In this document: one piece after another, positions 8,347 to 16,729 of the stretch | Layout: each line of letters begins with the position of its first letter | Position numbering within the stretch: position 1 is the first letter of the stretch | Source of the DNA: an uncultured beta proteobacterium | Lineage (GTDB): Bacteria > Pseudomonadota > Gammaproteobacteria > Burkholderiales > Burkholderiaceae_C | Direction: 5' to 3' | DNA: 64,000 nt | Assembly (NCBI GenBank): GCA_903886275.1 | Contig: CAISLN010000080.1 | Span: 43,719 to 107,718, forward strand | Made by a program: the position numbers and the translations under genes | Notes under the pieces: generated by a model | Seen by the model: the letters and a program-made list of their open reading frames with translations, nothing else | Told to the model about the DNA's origin: nothing | Database searches by the model: none

Positions 8347-10188
8347 TTAAGGCATGGCGCCCAGCAGCAGCGTGGGCAACCAGGTGGCTGTGGCAGGCAG
8401 CAGGGCAATCGCCAGCGTGCCCAAAAATATGGCCAGCAGCGCGGGCAGCACGGCCACGGCCACATAGCGCACCGGCTTGTCAAACATGGCCGAGGCAAAG
8501 TAGATGTTCATGCCGGCCGGTGGGCACAAAAAGCCCAGCTCCATATTGGCCAAAAAGATGATGCCAAAGTGCACCGGGTCTATGCCGTAGCTCATGGCCA
8601 CCGGCAGCAGCAGGGGCACCAGCACCACCAGCGCGGCAAAGATTTCCATCAGTGAGCCGGCGACAAACAAAAACACATTGAGCACCAGCAGGAACACCCA
8701 TTTGTTGGGGATCACGCCCTGCACCCAGGTGATGGCGGCGTCGGGTATGCCTGCGTCAATCAGGTAGTTGGTCAGGCCCAGCGCCATGCCCAGAATCAGC
8801 ATGACGCCACCAATGATTTGGGTGCCGTCCGAGAGGGCACCGCCCAGCTTGCGCCAGCCCAGCTCGCGGTGCGCCAGCACCTGGGTCAGGATGGCATAGG
8901 CTGCGGCGATGGCCGCGCTTTCTGTGGGTGTGGCCAGGCCGCTGACCAAGGCGCCTATGGCCACCAGGGGCGCCATGATTTCCCACTTGGCGGCCCACAG
9001 AGCCGTGGCCACGCGCGGCTGCGCGGCAGCCGATGGTGTGGCAGTGGGGGTTTGCGCCGCAGTGGCAGGGCGCTTCAAGTAGCCGCCAAACACCAGCAAG
9101 AAGGCGACCATGATGCAGGCCGGCAGCAGTCCGGCCAGGAACATGGTGTTGATGGGCACGCGCGCAATGATGGCGTACATGATGAGCGGCACCGAGGGTG
9201 CCAGCAGCACGCCCAGCGCACTGGCGCTGGTGACCAGACTGATACCGCGCTGCTCCGGAAAACCGGCGTTGCGCAACAGCGGCAGCAGCAGTCCGCCCAA
9301 CGCCAGGATGGTCACACCGCTGCCGCCGGTAAAGGCGGTGAAGGCCGAGCACAGCACGGCGCTGGCCACCACGGTGCCGGTGGCGCCCCCGCCAAAGACG
9401 GCCACAAAAACGGTGCCCAGGCGCTGCGCCGCACCGGTGCGCGCAAACACCAGGCCGGCCAGGGTGAACAGGGGCAGGGCCGGCAGCGAGGGGTTGACGG
9501 TGATCTGGTAATGCGACAGCGGGATGGAGGCCAGGGGCAGGGCGTCCTGCCAAAAGAGGGCCAGCGCCAGCGCGCCCAGCACGCTAAAAATAGGTGCACC
9601 GCACAGCAGCGCGGCCAGCAGGGCGATGACGGCCGGCCAGACCGAAAGCGCCGTGCCGTCCAACTGCCAGGCCAGGGCGATGCCTGCGAGCAGGGGCAGC
9701 AGCGCGCCCAAGCTCTTTTGCCAACCTGCCACCAGCCCCTGCGCGCCCAACTGCAGTCCCAGCAACGCAAAGCCCAGCGGCATGCTGGCCTGCAGCCACC
9801 ACACCGGTATGCCATAAGCCAAAATTTGTGCGGCCTGGCGCTCGCTGTCCACCAGACGCCAGCTCGCCATGCACAGCAGGCCGCAGACCAGGGCCGCAAA
9901 CAGCTTGCCATAGCGCTGGCTGGCCTCGGCCAGGCGCGGGTGCGCGCTGGAGACAAAGCCCTTGCCAAAGCTGCTCAGGTGGCCGTGGCGCAGCGCCGCC
10001 ACCGAACCGAACATGGCCATCACCAGGCCCAGGTGCTGCACGATGACGGGCGCGTTTTGCACGCCGCTGCCGGTCCAGGGTCGCACCAAAATTTCAACCA
10101 GCGGTATCAGCGCCATCAGCACCAGTGCGGCGCATGCCAGCAGTTCGTCCAGGCGGCGCAGGCCCTTGAAGGACAACAGCGCGTTCAT
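8347..10188 (-). CDS. TRAP transporter fused small+large permease (DctQM)
   Basis: N-terminal 4-TM DctQ-like part, then DctM motifs (FTGGSG, LLAPSVPLIMY, TPTESAA, PPAG). Confidence 0.9.
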   Translation of the reverse strand: MNALLSFKGLRRLDELLACAALVLMALIPLVEILVRPWTGSGVQNAPVIVQHLGLVMAMFGSVAALRHGHLSSFGKGFVSSAHPRLAEASQRYGKLFAALVCGLLCMASWRLVDSERQAAQILAYGIPVWWLQASMPLGFALLGLQLGAQGLVAGWQKSLGALLPLLAGIALAWQLDGTALSVWPAVIALLAALLCGAPIFSVLGALALALFWQDALPLASIPLSHYQITVNPSLPALPLFTLAGLVFARTGAAQRLGTVFVAVFGGGATGTVVASAVLCSAFTAFTGGSGVTILALGGLLLPLLRNAGFPEQRGISLVTSASALGVLLAPSVPLIMYAIIARVPINTMFLAGLLPACIMVAFLLVFGGYLKRPATAAQTPTATPSAAAQPRVATALWAAKWEIMAPLVAIGALVSGLATPTESAAIAAAYAILTQVLAHRELGWRKLGGALSDGTQIIGGVMLILGMALGLTNYLIDAGIPDAAITWVQGVIPNKWVFLLVLNVFLFVAGSLMEIFAALVVLVPLLLPVAMSYGIDPVHFGIIFLANMELGFLCPPAGMNIYFASAMFDKPVRYVAVAVLPALLAIFLGTLAIALLPATATWLPTLLLGAMP

Positions 10189-11189
10189 TTGGCGGGCAGG
10201 GCGCGGTAGGCCTTCACCTGCTTGAACACCTCGTCAAAGGTGTCGGCCGGCACCATGGTGCCGCGTATGCGCGGGTAGAGCGACTCGGCCAGCGCGTTCC
10301 ATTCCTGCATCTCTGCGGCATTGGGTTTGTGCACGATGAGGCCACGCTTTTTCATGGCCTCTACCGCCTCATCGACTTCGCGCCGCGCTTGCGCCCGCAT
10401 TTGGGCACCGGCCTTGTCGCCGGCTGCGCGCAGGGCTTTCTGGGCAGACGGCTCCATCGCGTCCCAGGCCTTGGCGGTGACCACCATGGCGCCGACTATG
10501 GGCGACCAGTTGATCTCCAGCATGTGGGGCGCGGTGTTGTAGACCTGGCTGGCCAGCGCAAAGTAGGGCGTGGAGGGCACCACATTGATCATGCCGGTCT
10601 GAATCGAGGGCAGGATGTCGGCGGTCTCCAGCGGCACTGGGGTGTAGCCCAGGCTCTTCATGATGGACTGCTGCTCCACCTCCGAGCCCCAGGCAAAGAA
10701 CTTCATGCGCTTGTAGTCATCGGGGCGCACGGCGGCCTCCTTGGAGAAAAAGCGCACCCAGCCGGCGTCGCCCCAGGCCAGCACCACAAAGCCCTTGTCG
10801 AGAAATTTCTTCTCCATCGCCGGGCGCATTTTTTCGCGCACATAGTCCAGCTCTTCCCAGCTGCGAAACAGCAGCGGCAGGTTTTGCAGGGCGCTGATCG
10901 AAGGCTCGATTTCGCGCAGCCCCACCACCGACAAGAGCGCGCCTTGGAGTTGGCCTATGCGCATGCGCCTTGCCATCTCGGCCTCGCCGCCCTGGCTGCC
11001 GTCCGGGTAGACCAGGTACTTGGAGGCGCCGCCCTGGGTCGCACGCCAGGCCTCGCCCATCTCCAGCAGTTGGCGGTGGTAGAGCGAATTCTTGGGCGCC
11101 AAGGTGCCCACGCGCAGTTGCATATCAGCGCCGTGCGCCGACAAAGTGGTGATCAGGCAAAGCAGCAGGGTGGCAATCAGTTTGGGCAT
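10185..11189 (-). CDS. TRAP substrate-binding protein DctP (TatP type)
   Basis: Signal peptide, GTLAPKNS, GSQGGE, RMRIGQLQG; overlaps the permease start. Confidence 0.9.
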   Translation of the reverse strand: MPKLIATLLLCLITTLSAHGADMQLRVGTLAPKNSLYHRQLLEMGEAWRATQGGASKYLVYPDGSQGGEAEMARRMRIGQLQGALLSVVGLREIEPSISALQNLPLLFRSWEELDYVREKMRPAMEKKFLDKGFVVLAWGDAGWVRFFSKEAAVRPDDYKRMKFFAWGSEVEQQSIMKSLGYTPVPLETADILPSIQTGMINVVPSTPYFALASQVYNTAPHMLEINWSPIVGAMVVTAKAWDAMEPSAQKALRAAGDKAGAQMRAQARREVDEAVEAMKKRGLIVHKPNAAEMQEWNALAESLYPRIRGTMVPADTFDEVFKQVKAYRALPAK

Positions 11190-11224
11190 GGAGTTCTTGC
11201 GGGTGAGGGACAGGCTTGCAGGTC

Positions 11225-12139
11225 TTAAAACAAATCGTCGGCATGGGCCAGCAACCACAGTGCGCGCTCGCGCATCACGCTGTTTTGCAAGCCGGGGTGC
11301 TGGGCGACCACGGCCAGCGCCTGTTGCAGCAGGGCCTCGAAAGCGGCGCGGTCGCCAGCGGGCAGGGCCACGCCCTCGGCCTTGCCCACCAAGGGGCCTG
11401 CGCTGCTGGCGCCACCGAGTGCAATCGCTTGGTCAAAGTAGCGCAGCGCGATGGCGCTGTTGCCACCCGGTCGCGCCGCCTCAAAGCTGGCCATCAGAGA
11501 GGCCAGGGCGCCCTGGCCATAGTCGGGCTGGCGCGCATAGGCAAGAGATGCCAGGCGCAGCGCCAAGGGCAGGTCTGCGACGGTGTCGGGCTGGTCCTTG
11601 GACAGTGAGATCAGGCCACCCCAACTGGCAGCGGCCCAATAGGCCAGGGCGACTTGCTCGCTCTTTAATTGCAGCCGGGTGTCGGTGTTCTCCAGCGACT
11701 TGCGAAAGCCCGGCTGTGCGCGCTCCAGCGCGGCCATGGCGTGGCGGTGGGCGCGCGCATAAAGCCGCGCAGCACGTTCGCGCAGGGCCTGCGCGCCTCG
11801 GCTGTCGCTGGCCTCCAGTCGCTCGGCCTCGAAGGCGACAAAGGCATAGGCGTATTGGGTGAAGCCGCCTGCCACCGCAGCGGACAGGGGCAAGTTGTCG
11901 GGCACCTCGCGCAGCAGGGCCTCGGACAGCTTGAGGTAAAACGCGCTGGCCTCACGTGCCAGCACCAGATCGTCCTCGGGCGCCTGGCCCTGGGCTGCCA
12001 ACTCGCCGGCCATGCCTTGAACGATCAGATGGCGCGCCGAGCAGGCGCTCAAACTGAGCAACAGCAGGCACAGGCCCAGCGCGCGACACCAGGTCCGGCG
12101 GATGGCCCACAGGCCTGGATGCACAAACAATAAAGGCAT
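11225..12139 (-). CDS. TRAP transporter T component (TatT), lipoprotein
   Basis: LSAC lipobox, helical TPR-like body (FTQYAYAF, YWAAASWGG); directly upstream of dctP-dctQM. Confidence 0.8.
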   Translation of the reverse strand: MPLLFVHPGLWAIRRTWCRALGLCLLLLSLSACSARHLIVQGMAGELAAQGQAPEDDLVLAREASAFYLKLSEALLREVPDNLPLSAAVAGGFTQYAYAFVAFEAERLEASDSRGAQALRERAARLYARAHRHAMAALERAQPGFRKSLENTDTRLQLKSEQVALAYWAAASWGGLISLSKDQPDTVADLPLALRLASLAYARQPDYGQGALASLMASFEAARPGGNSAIALRYFDQAIALGGASSAGPLVGKAEGVALPAGDRAAFEALLQQALAVVAQHPGLQNSVMRERALWLLAHADDLF

Positions 12140-12228
12140 GGATTGTGAGCCAGCAAGGGCCTTGGGGGTCGCGTGCCAGCTGCTGCAGGGCTGCGGCTGG
12201 TTCAAGGCGCCCAATGTAGCCCCGCTGC

Positions 12229-12246
12229 ATGAAGCTTCGGTGACAG
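12229..12246 (-). promoter_or_regulatory. Putative Pho box for the TPAT operon
   Basis: Minus strand CTGTCAC-cgaa-GCTTCAT, 89 nt upstream of the tatT ATG. Confidence 0.65.
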
Positions 12247-12387
12247 TGATGCGACCCATCTGCTGCCAATTGCAGAAACTAACGCTAAAAAAATCAAATG
12301 TGTACACTCATTCGTTCATCAGCGGTCGCTTGGCGAACGCCGCCGAATCGTCGCATCGCCGGCTTGTTTTTTTCATTGGGAGGTACC

Positions 12388-14136
12388 GTGACCTTTTTGC
12401 AAAAACTGACCATACGCGCACGCCTGCTGTGCGCCTTTTTGGCCTCTGTGCTGATCACGTTGTTCGTGGGGCTGATGGGCATCAACACCATCTCTGAACT
12501 CAGCGCCGCCACCGACGACATGTACCAAAACAACCTCATCCCCATCAAGGACGTGGCCAATGCCAATATGCAGGCCATCTACCTGAACCGCAGCCTGTAT
12601 GACTACATCATCGAGGAGCAAAAATCCGGCATGGACAAGATCAAGCTGCGCATCGATGAGCACCACAAGCAGTACAGCCAGCTGATGGATAAGTACCGCG
12701 CCACCGAACTGACGCCTGCAGAAAAAGAGCTCATCAACAAGGTGGATGCCGAGTGGCCGCCCTACCTGGCTGCGGCCGAAAAGGTGATGAAGCTCTCTTA
12801 TTCCGACCAGAACAAGGAGGCCTATGCGGCCATGAACGAGGAGGCCAAGAAGACCTTCCAGGTGCTCGATGACCACTTGAGTGAACTGGTGGATTTGAAC
12901 GCCAAGATTGGCGAGACCACCAACAAGGAGTCGGCCGCGCGGGGTGCGAGCATTCGCACGTACACCATAGGCGTCATCGTGCTTGCGGCGGCTGTTTGCA
13001 TTGGCTTGGGTCTGGTCATTACGGCCAGCATTACCCGCCCTCTGCAAGACGGCATCCTGTTCTCCAATGCGGTGGCGGCGGGCGACCTGACGGCCAGCGT
13101 CGATGCCCAGGGCCGTGACGAGGTGTCGCAGCTGATGCGGGCCCTGTTGGCCATGCGAGATGGCCTGGTCAAGGTGGTGTCCACGGTGCGCGAGGGCTCT
13201 GAGAGCGTGGCGAGCGCCAGCTCCCAAATTGCCCAGGGCAATAGCGATCTGTCGGCGCGCACCGAGCAGCAGGCCAGCGCGCTGCAAGAGACCGCCTCCT
13301 CGATGGAACAACTCAGCTCCAGCGTCAAACAAAACGCCGACTCCGCACGCCAGGCCAATCAGCTGGCCACCAGTGCCAGTTCGGTGGCCCAAAAGGGCGG
13401 GCAGGTGGTGGGCCATGTGGTGGAGACCATGAAGGGCATCAACGAGTCGAGCCGCAAAATAGCCGACATCATCAGCGTCATTGACGGCATTGCCTTTCAG
13501 ACCAATATCCTGGCGCTCAATGCGGCGGTGGAAGCGGCCCGCGCCGGTGACCAGGGGCGCGGCTTTGCGGTAGTGGCCTCCGAGGTGCGTGCGCTGGCCG
13601 GGCGCAGCGCCGAGGCGGCCAAGGAGATCAAGGGCCTGATCAATGCCAGTGTCGAGCGCGTCGAGCAGGGCACCACCCTGGTGGACGAAGCCGGCGAGAC
13701 CATGACCGAAGTGGTGGGCAGCATCAAGCGGGTCACCGACATCATGGGAGAAATCAGTTCGGCCAGCGCCGAGCAGGCCACCGGTGTGGCACAGGTGGGC
13801 GAAGCGGTCACCCAGATGGACTCTGCAACCCAGCAAAATGCGGCGCTGGTGGAAGAAATGGCGGCCGCAGCAAAGAGTCTGAACGCGCAGGCCGGCGATC
13901 TGGTGGATACGGTCGCCGTGTTCAAGCTCGGCGCGCAAGACGGTATTGTGCGGGCCCAGGTGCGCGCTGCGCCGCCCAAGGCGGCACAAGTGAAGAACGA
14001 CGAGCGCCGCGCTGGCGCCAAGCCAGCAACACGCAAGCCTGCGGCCGCGCCCAGTGCCCTGGCGGCACCCAAGCCCGCAGCGCCAGCGTCCAAGGTTGCG
14101 ACCGGTGCCGCTGATGGAGACTGGGAAAGCTTCTAA
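12388..14136 (+). CDS. Methyl-accepting chemotaxis protein (4HB sensor, HAMP)
   Basis: GGGAGG RBS then GTG; two TM helices; signalling motif [34 protein letters not shown]; C-terminal pentapeptide DWESF. Confidence 0.93.
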   Translation: MTFLQKLTIRARLLCAFLASVLITLFVGLMGINTISELSAATDDMYQNNLIPIKDVANANMQAIYLNRSLYDYIIEEQKSGMDKIKLRIDEHHKQYSQLMDKYRATELTPAEKELINKVDAEWPPYLAAAEKVMKLSYSDQNKEAYAAMNEEAKKTFQVLDDHLSELVDLNAKIGETTNKESAARGASIRTYTIGVIVLAAAVCIGLGLVITASITRPLQDGILFSNAVAAGDLTASVDAQGRDEVSQLMRALLAMRDGLVKVVSTVREGSESVASASSQIAQGNSDLSARTEQQASALQETASSMEQLSSSVKQNADSARQANQLATSASSVAQKGGQVVGHVVETMKGINESSRKIADIISVIDGIAFQTNILALNAAVEAARAGDQGRGFAVVASEVRALAGRSAEAAKEIKGLINASVERVEQGTTLVDEAGETMTEVVGSIKRVTDIMGEISSASAEQATGVAQVGEAVTQMDSATQQNAALVEEMAAAAKSLNAQAGDLVDTVAVFKLGAQDGIVRAQVRAAPPKAAQVKNDERRAGAKPATRKPAAAPSALAAPKPAAPASKVATGAADGDWESF

Positions 14137-14150
14137 ACCGGCAGCGGTGC

Positions 14151-14182
14151 TGCACCAGCCCCACCCATGAGGCGCTGGTGCA
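14151..14182 (+). terminator. Hairpin after the MCP gene
   Basis: TGCACCAGC...GCTGGTGCA, 9-bp inverted repeat. Confidence 0.45.
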
Positions 14183-14196
14183 ATGGATGGCAGGGA

Positions 14197-14236
14197 TTGA
14201 CATCAAATCTTCATGGGACTGCCATGAACGGGTCAC
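14197..14236 (+). promoter_or_regulatory. Putative Pho box array (4 half-sites)
   Basis: TTGACAT-caaa-TCTTCAT-ggga-CTGCCAT-gaac-GGGTCAC upstream of olsB-plcP. Confidence 0.7.
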
Positions 14237-14259
14237 GCCGGATTTCGACAATTTCCGGT

Positions 14260-15075
14260 ATGAACACATTGCACGAACCCTCCCAACAAGCGCGCGACAA
14301 GGTTGTTGCGCAGGCGGTCACCCGCATCGAAGTTTCCAAGACCGCCCTGCACGGCATCGAAGTGTCCTGGGCCAAGCACCAAGACGAGGTGCGCGCTGCG
14401 CAAAAGCTGCGCTTTGATGTGTTTGCCGGAGAGATGGGCGCGCGCCTGAACACCTCGGTGGCAGGCCACGACGTGGACCTGTTTGACAATTACTGCGAGC
14501 ATCTGCTGGTGCGCGACCAGGCCACCGGCCAGGTGATTGGCACCTACCGCGTGCTGACCCCCGTGCAGGCCAAGCGCGTGGGCAGCACCTACAGCGATAC
14601 CGAGTTCGATCTGACCCGTCTGCGCATGCTGCGCGAGCGCATGGTGGAGCTGGGGCGCAGTTGCGTGCACCCGGACCACCGCCACGGCGGCGTCATCATG
14701 GCGCTGTGGGGGGCGCTTGCCGAGTTCATGACGCGCAACCAGCTCGACACCATGATTGGTTGCGCCAGCATTCCCATGCTGCACAACGGCGTGGTCAGCG
14801 GCGATGTGGCGGCCAGCATCTGGCGCCAGTTGCAGGCCACCCATCTGGCACCGATTGAATACCATGTGCGCCCGCGCCTGCCGCTGCCGGTGGAGCGCCT
14901 AGACAGCAGCCTGTGCGTGGAAGCACCGGCGCTGATCAAGGGCTATTTGCGCCTGGGTGCCAAGGTGCTGGGCGCGCCGGCCTGGGACCCGGATTTCAAT
15001 ACCGCCGATCTGCCCATGCTGATGCGCATTGCCGATCTGCCCTCGCGTTACCGCAAGCATTTTTTGGGCGCTTGA
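14260..15075 (+). CDS. OlsB-like GNAT amino-acid N-acyltransferase (ornithine/amino lipid synthesis)
   Basis: AQKLRFDVF, DVDLFDNYCEHL, GTYRVL, ELGRSCVHPDHR, PALIKGYLRLGA, DPDFNTAD. Confidence 0.8.
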   Translation: MNTLHEPSQQARDKVVAQAVTRIEVSKTALHGIEVSWAKHQDEVRAAQKLRFDVFAGEMGARLNTSVAGHDVDLFDNYCEHLLVRDQATGQVIGTYRVLTPVQAKRVGSTYSDTEFDLTRLRMLRERMVELGRSCVHPDHRHGGVIMALWGALAEFMTRNQLDTMIGCASIPMLHNGVVSGDVAASIWRQLQATHLAPIEYHVRPRLPLPVERLDSSLCVEAPALIKGYLRLGAKVLGAPAWDPDFNTADLPMLMRIADLPSRYRKHFLGA

Positions 15076-15951
15076 ATGCGCGGCGCATCGGAGGCATTGA
15101 TGGGCGCCTTGATGGGGGCTGACGCAGACCCCGACGAGGACAGCCCAAAGCGGCGCTACCGCGCGGTGTTCATCTCCGACATCCATCTGGGCACGGCAGG
15201 TTGCCAGGCCGATGCGCTGCTGGACTTTATGAAGCACCATTCCAGTGACTACCTGTACCTGGTGGGTGACATCGTGGACGGCTGGCAGTTGCGCCGGCGT
15301 TGGTTCTGGCCACAGGCACACAACGATGTGGTGCAAAAGCTCTTGCGCCGCGCCCGCAAGGGCTGTCATGTGGTGTTTGTGCCGGGCAACCACGATGAGT
15401 TTGCGCGCGGCTTTGTGGGCCACAAGTTTGGCGACATCGCGGTGCAGCGCGACACCGTGCACACCACTGCCCTGGGTGTGTCGCTGTGGGTGACGCATGG
15501 AGATTATTTTGACGGCGTGATCCAGTGCGCCAAATGGCTGGCCTATCTGGGCGACAACGCCTATGAGTTCACGCTCAAGCTCAACCGCAGCTTGAACAGT
15601 TTGCGCGCCCGCATGGGCCTGCCCTATTGGTCGCTGTCGCAATACCTCAAGGGCAAGGTCAAGAGCGCGCTCAACTATGTGACCGATTTTGAAGTGGCCG
15701 TGGCCCGCGAGGCCAAGCACCGAGGCCATGACGGCGTGGTCTGTGGCCATATCCACCGCGCCGAGATGCGTGACATCAACGGCATTTTGTATTGCAACGA
15801 TGGCGACTGGGTGGAGAGCCGCAGCGCCCTGGTGGAGCATCTGGACGGCCGCTTGGAGATCGTGTTCTGGGATGAACTGATCGCCAAGGATGCCAAGGAC
15901 GCCGCAGCAGCAGCGCTGGTGCCGCTGCTGGGCTTAAGCGCAAGCGCATAA
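15076..15951 (+). CDS. PlcP-like metallophosphoesterase (phospholipase C; often annotated UDP-2,3-diacylglucosamine hydrolase)
   Basis: ISDIHLG, LVGDIVDGW, WPQAHNDVVQK, PGNHDE, HGD, CGHIH, NDGDWVES; starts immediately after the olsB-like stop. Confidence 0.75.
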   Translation: MRGASEALMGALMGADADPDEDSPKRRYRAVFISDIHLGTAGCQADALLDFMKHHSSDYLYLVGDIVDGWQLRRRWFWPQAHNDVVQKLLRRARKGCHVVFVPGNHDEFARGFVGHKFGDIAVQRDTVHTTALGVSLWVTHGDYFDGVIQCAKWLAYLGDNAYEFTLKLNRSLNSLRARMGLPYWSLSQYLKGKVKSALNYVTDFEVAVAREAKHRGHDGVVCGHIHRAEMRDINGILYCNDGDWVESRSALVEHLDGRLEIVFWDELIAKDAKDAAAAALVPLLGLSASA

Positions 15952-15989
15952 GCCCGCATAAGCCCTTGCGCCCATGACGGGCGCATCGC

Positions 15990-16601
15990 TCAAACCGCCT
16001 TGGGAGGGCGTCCGGTCTTCAGGTTGGGAATGGCAGCGATGGCGGCCAGGAAGGCGGGGTTGGCCAGGGCGGTCAGGGCCTTGATGCCAGCGCGGATCAG
16101 CTCGGTCTTCTTGACCGGCACGCCCAACTTGCCAGCGCGCAGCTTCATGGCCTCCAACGCTTCGTATTCGAACTTGGGGATGGAGATGCTGTCGCGCACC
16201 ATCTTGATCTTCTTGTCCTTGGCTTCCTTGCTGTCCTTGACTGGCTTGGGCAACTTGGCTGCCTGTGGCTTTGCAACCGGCTTGGCTTTGGCTGCGGACT
16301 TCTCAGCCGGCTTGGCAGCGACTTTTGCAACCGTCTTTGCATCAGGCGTTGCAACTACCTTGGCATCGGGCTTGGCTGCGGACTTCTCGGCGGGCTTGGC
16401 AGCGGCTTTTGCATCAGGCTTTGCAAGCGGCTTGGCTGCGGCCTTGGCGACGACTTTTTTGGCCTTGGCCGGGGCAGCGGGTTTGGCGCTGCTGGGTGTC
16501 GAAGCGGCTATGGTGGCTTTGGCTTCTGGCTTGGCAGCGGCAGGTGCTGCAGCGGCGATGGCTTCGGTGCTGGATTGGAGGTTTTGCATGACGGTGTCCA
16601 T
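15990..16601 (-). CDS. Histone H1-like AKP-repeat protein with C-terminal ribbon-helix-helix-like domain
   Basis: AAKP/AKPDAK repeats, then KMVRDSISIPKFEYEALEAMKLRA...KKTELIRAGIKAL. Confidence 0.7.
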   Translation of the reverse strand: MDTVMQNLQSSTEAIAAAAPAAAKPEAKATIAASTPSSAKPAAPAKAKKVVAKAAAKPLAKPDAKAAAKPAEKSAAKPDAKVVATPDAKTVAKVAAKPAEKSAAKAKPVAKPQAAKLPKPVKDSKEAKDKKIKMVRDSISIPKFEYEALEAMKLRAGKLGVPVKKTELIRAGIKALTALANPAFLAAIAAIPNLKTGRPPKAV

Positions 16602-16696
16602 TTGTTAAACGATGTGTATAGTTTATACCGTTAAAAACTGACCTTCAACAGCCTGTTTCGTACAAAAGCAAAAAAACTTCTCTGTCCAATAGACCG

Positions 16697-16720
16697 GACC
16701 GATGGCGGCTGGGCCATCGG
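16697..16720 (-). terminator. Hairpin after the alkaline phosphatase gene
   Basis: CCGATGGC-ggctgg-GCCATCGG, 8-bp inverted repeat (coordinates approximate). Confidence 0.4.
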
Positions 16721-16729
16721 CCGCTGGTC

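Noticed and set aside
12298-12387. Possible riboswitch or sigma-28 promoter ahead of the MCP gene
   Set aside because: No c-di-GMP riboswitch core is recognisable, and GCCGAATC lacks a correctly spaced TAAA element.
15945-15966. Tandem GCATAAGCCC x2
   Set aside because: Only two short copies at a convergent gene junction; not an array.
16000-16608. Repetitive + strand ORFs and DNA repeats
   Set aside because: They are the antisense of the AKP-repeat protein; the repeats are codon-level, with no CRISPR-like spacer structure.
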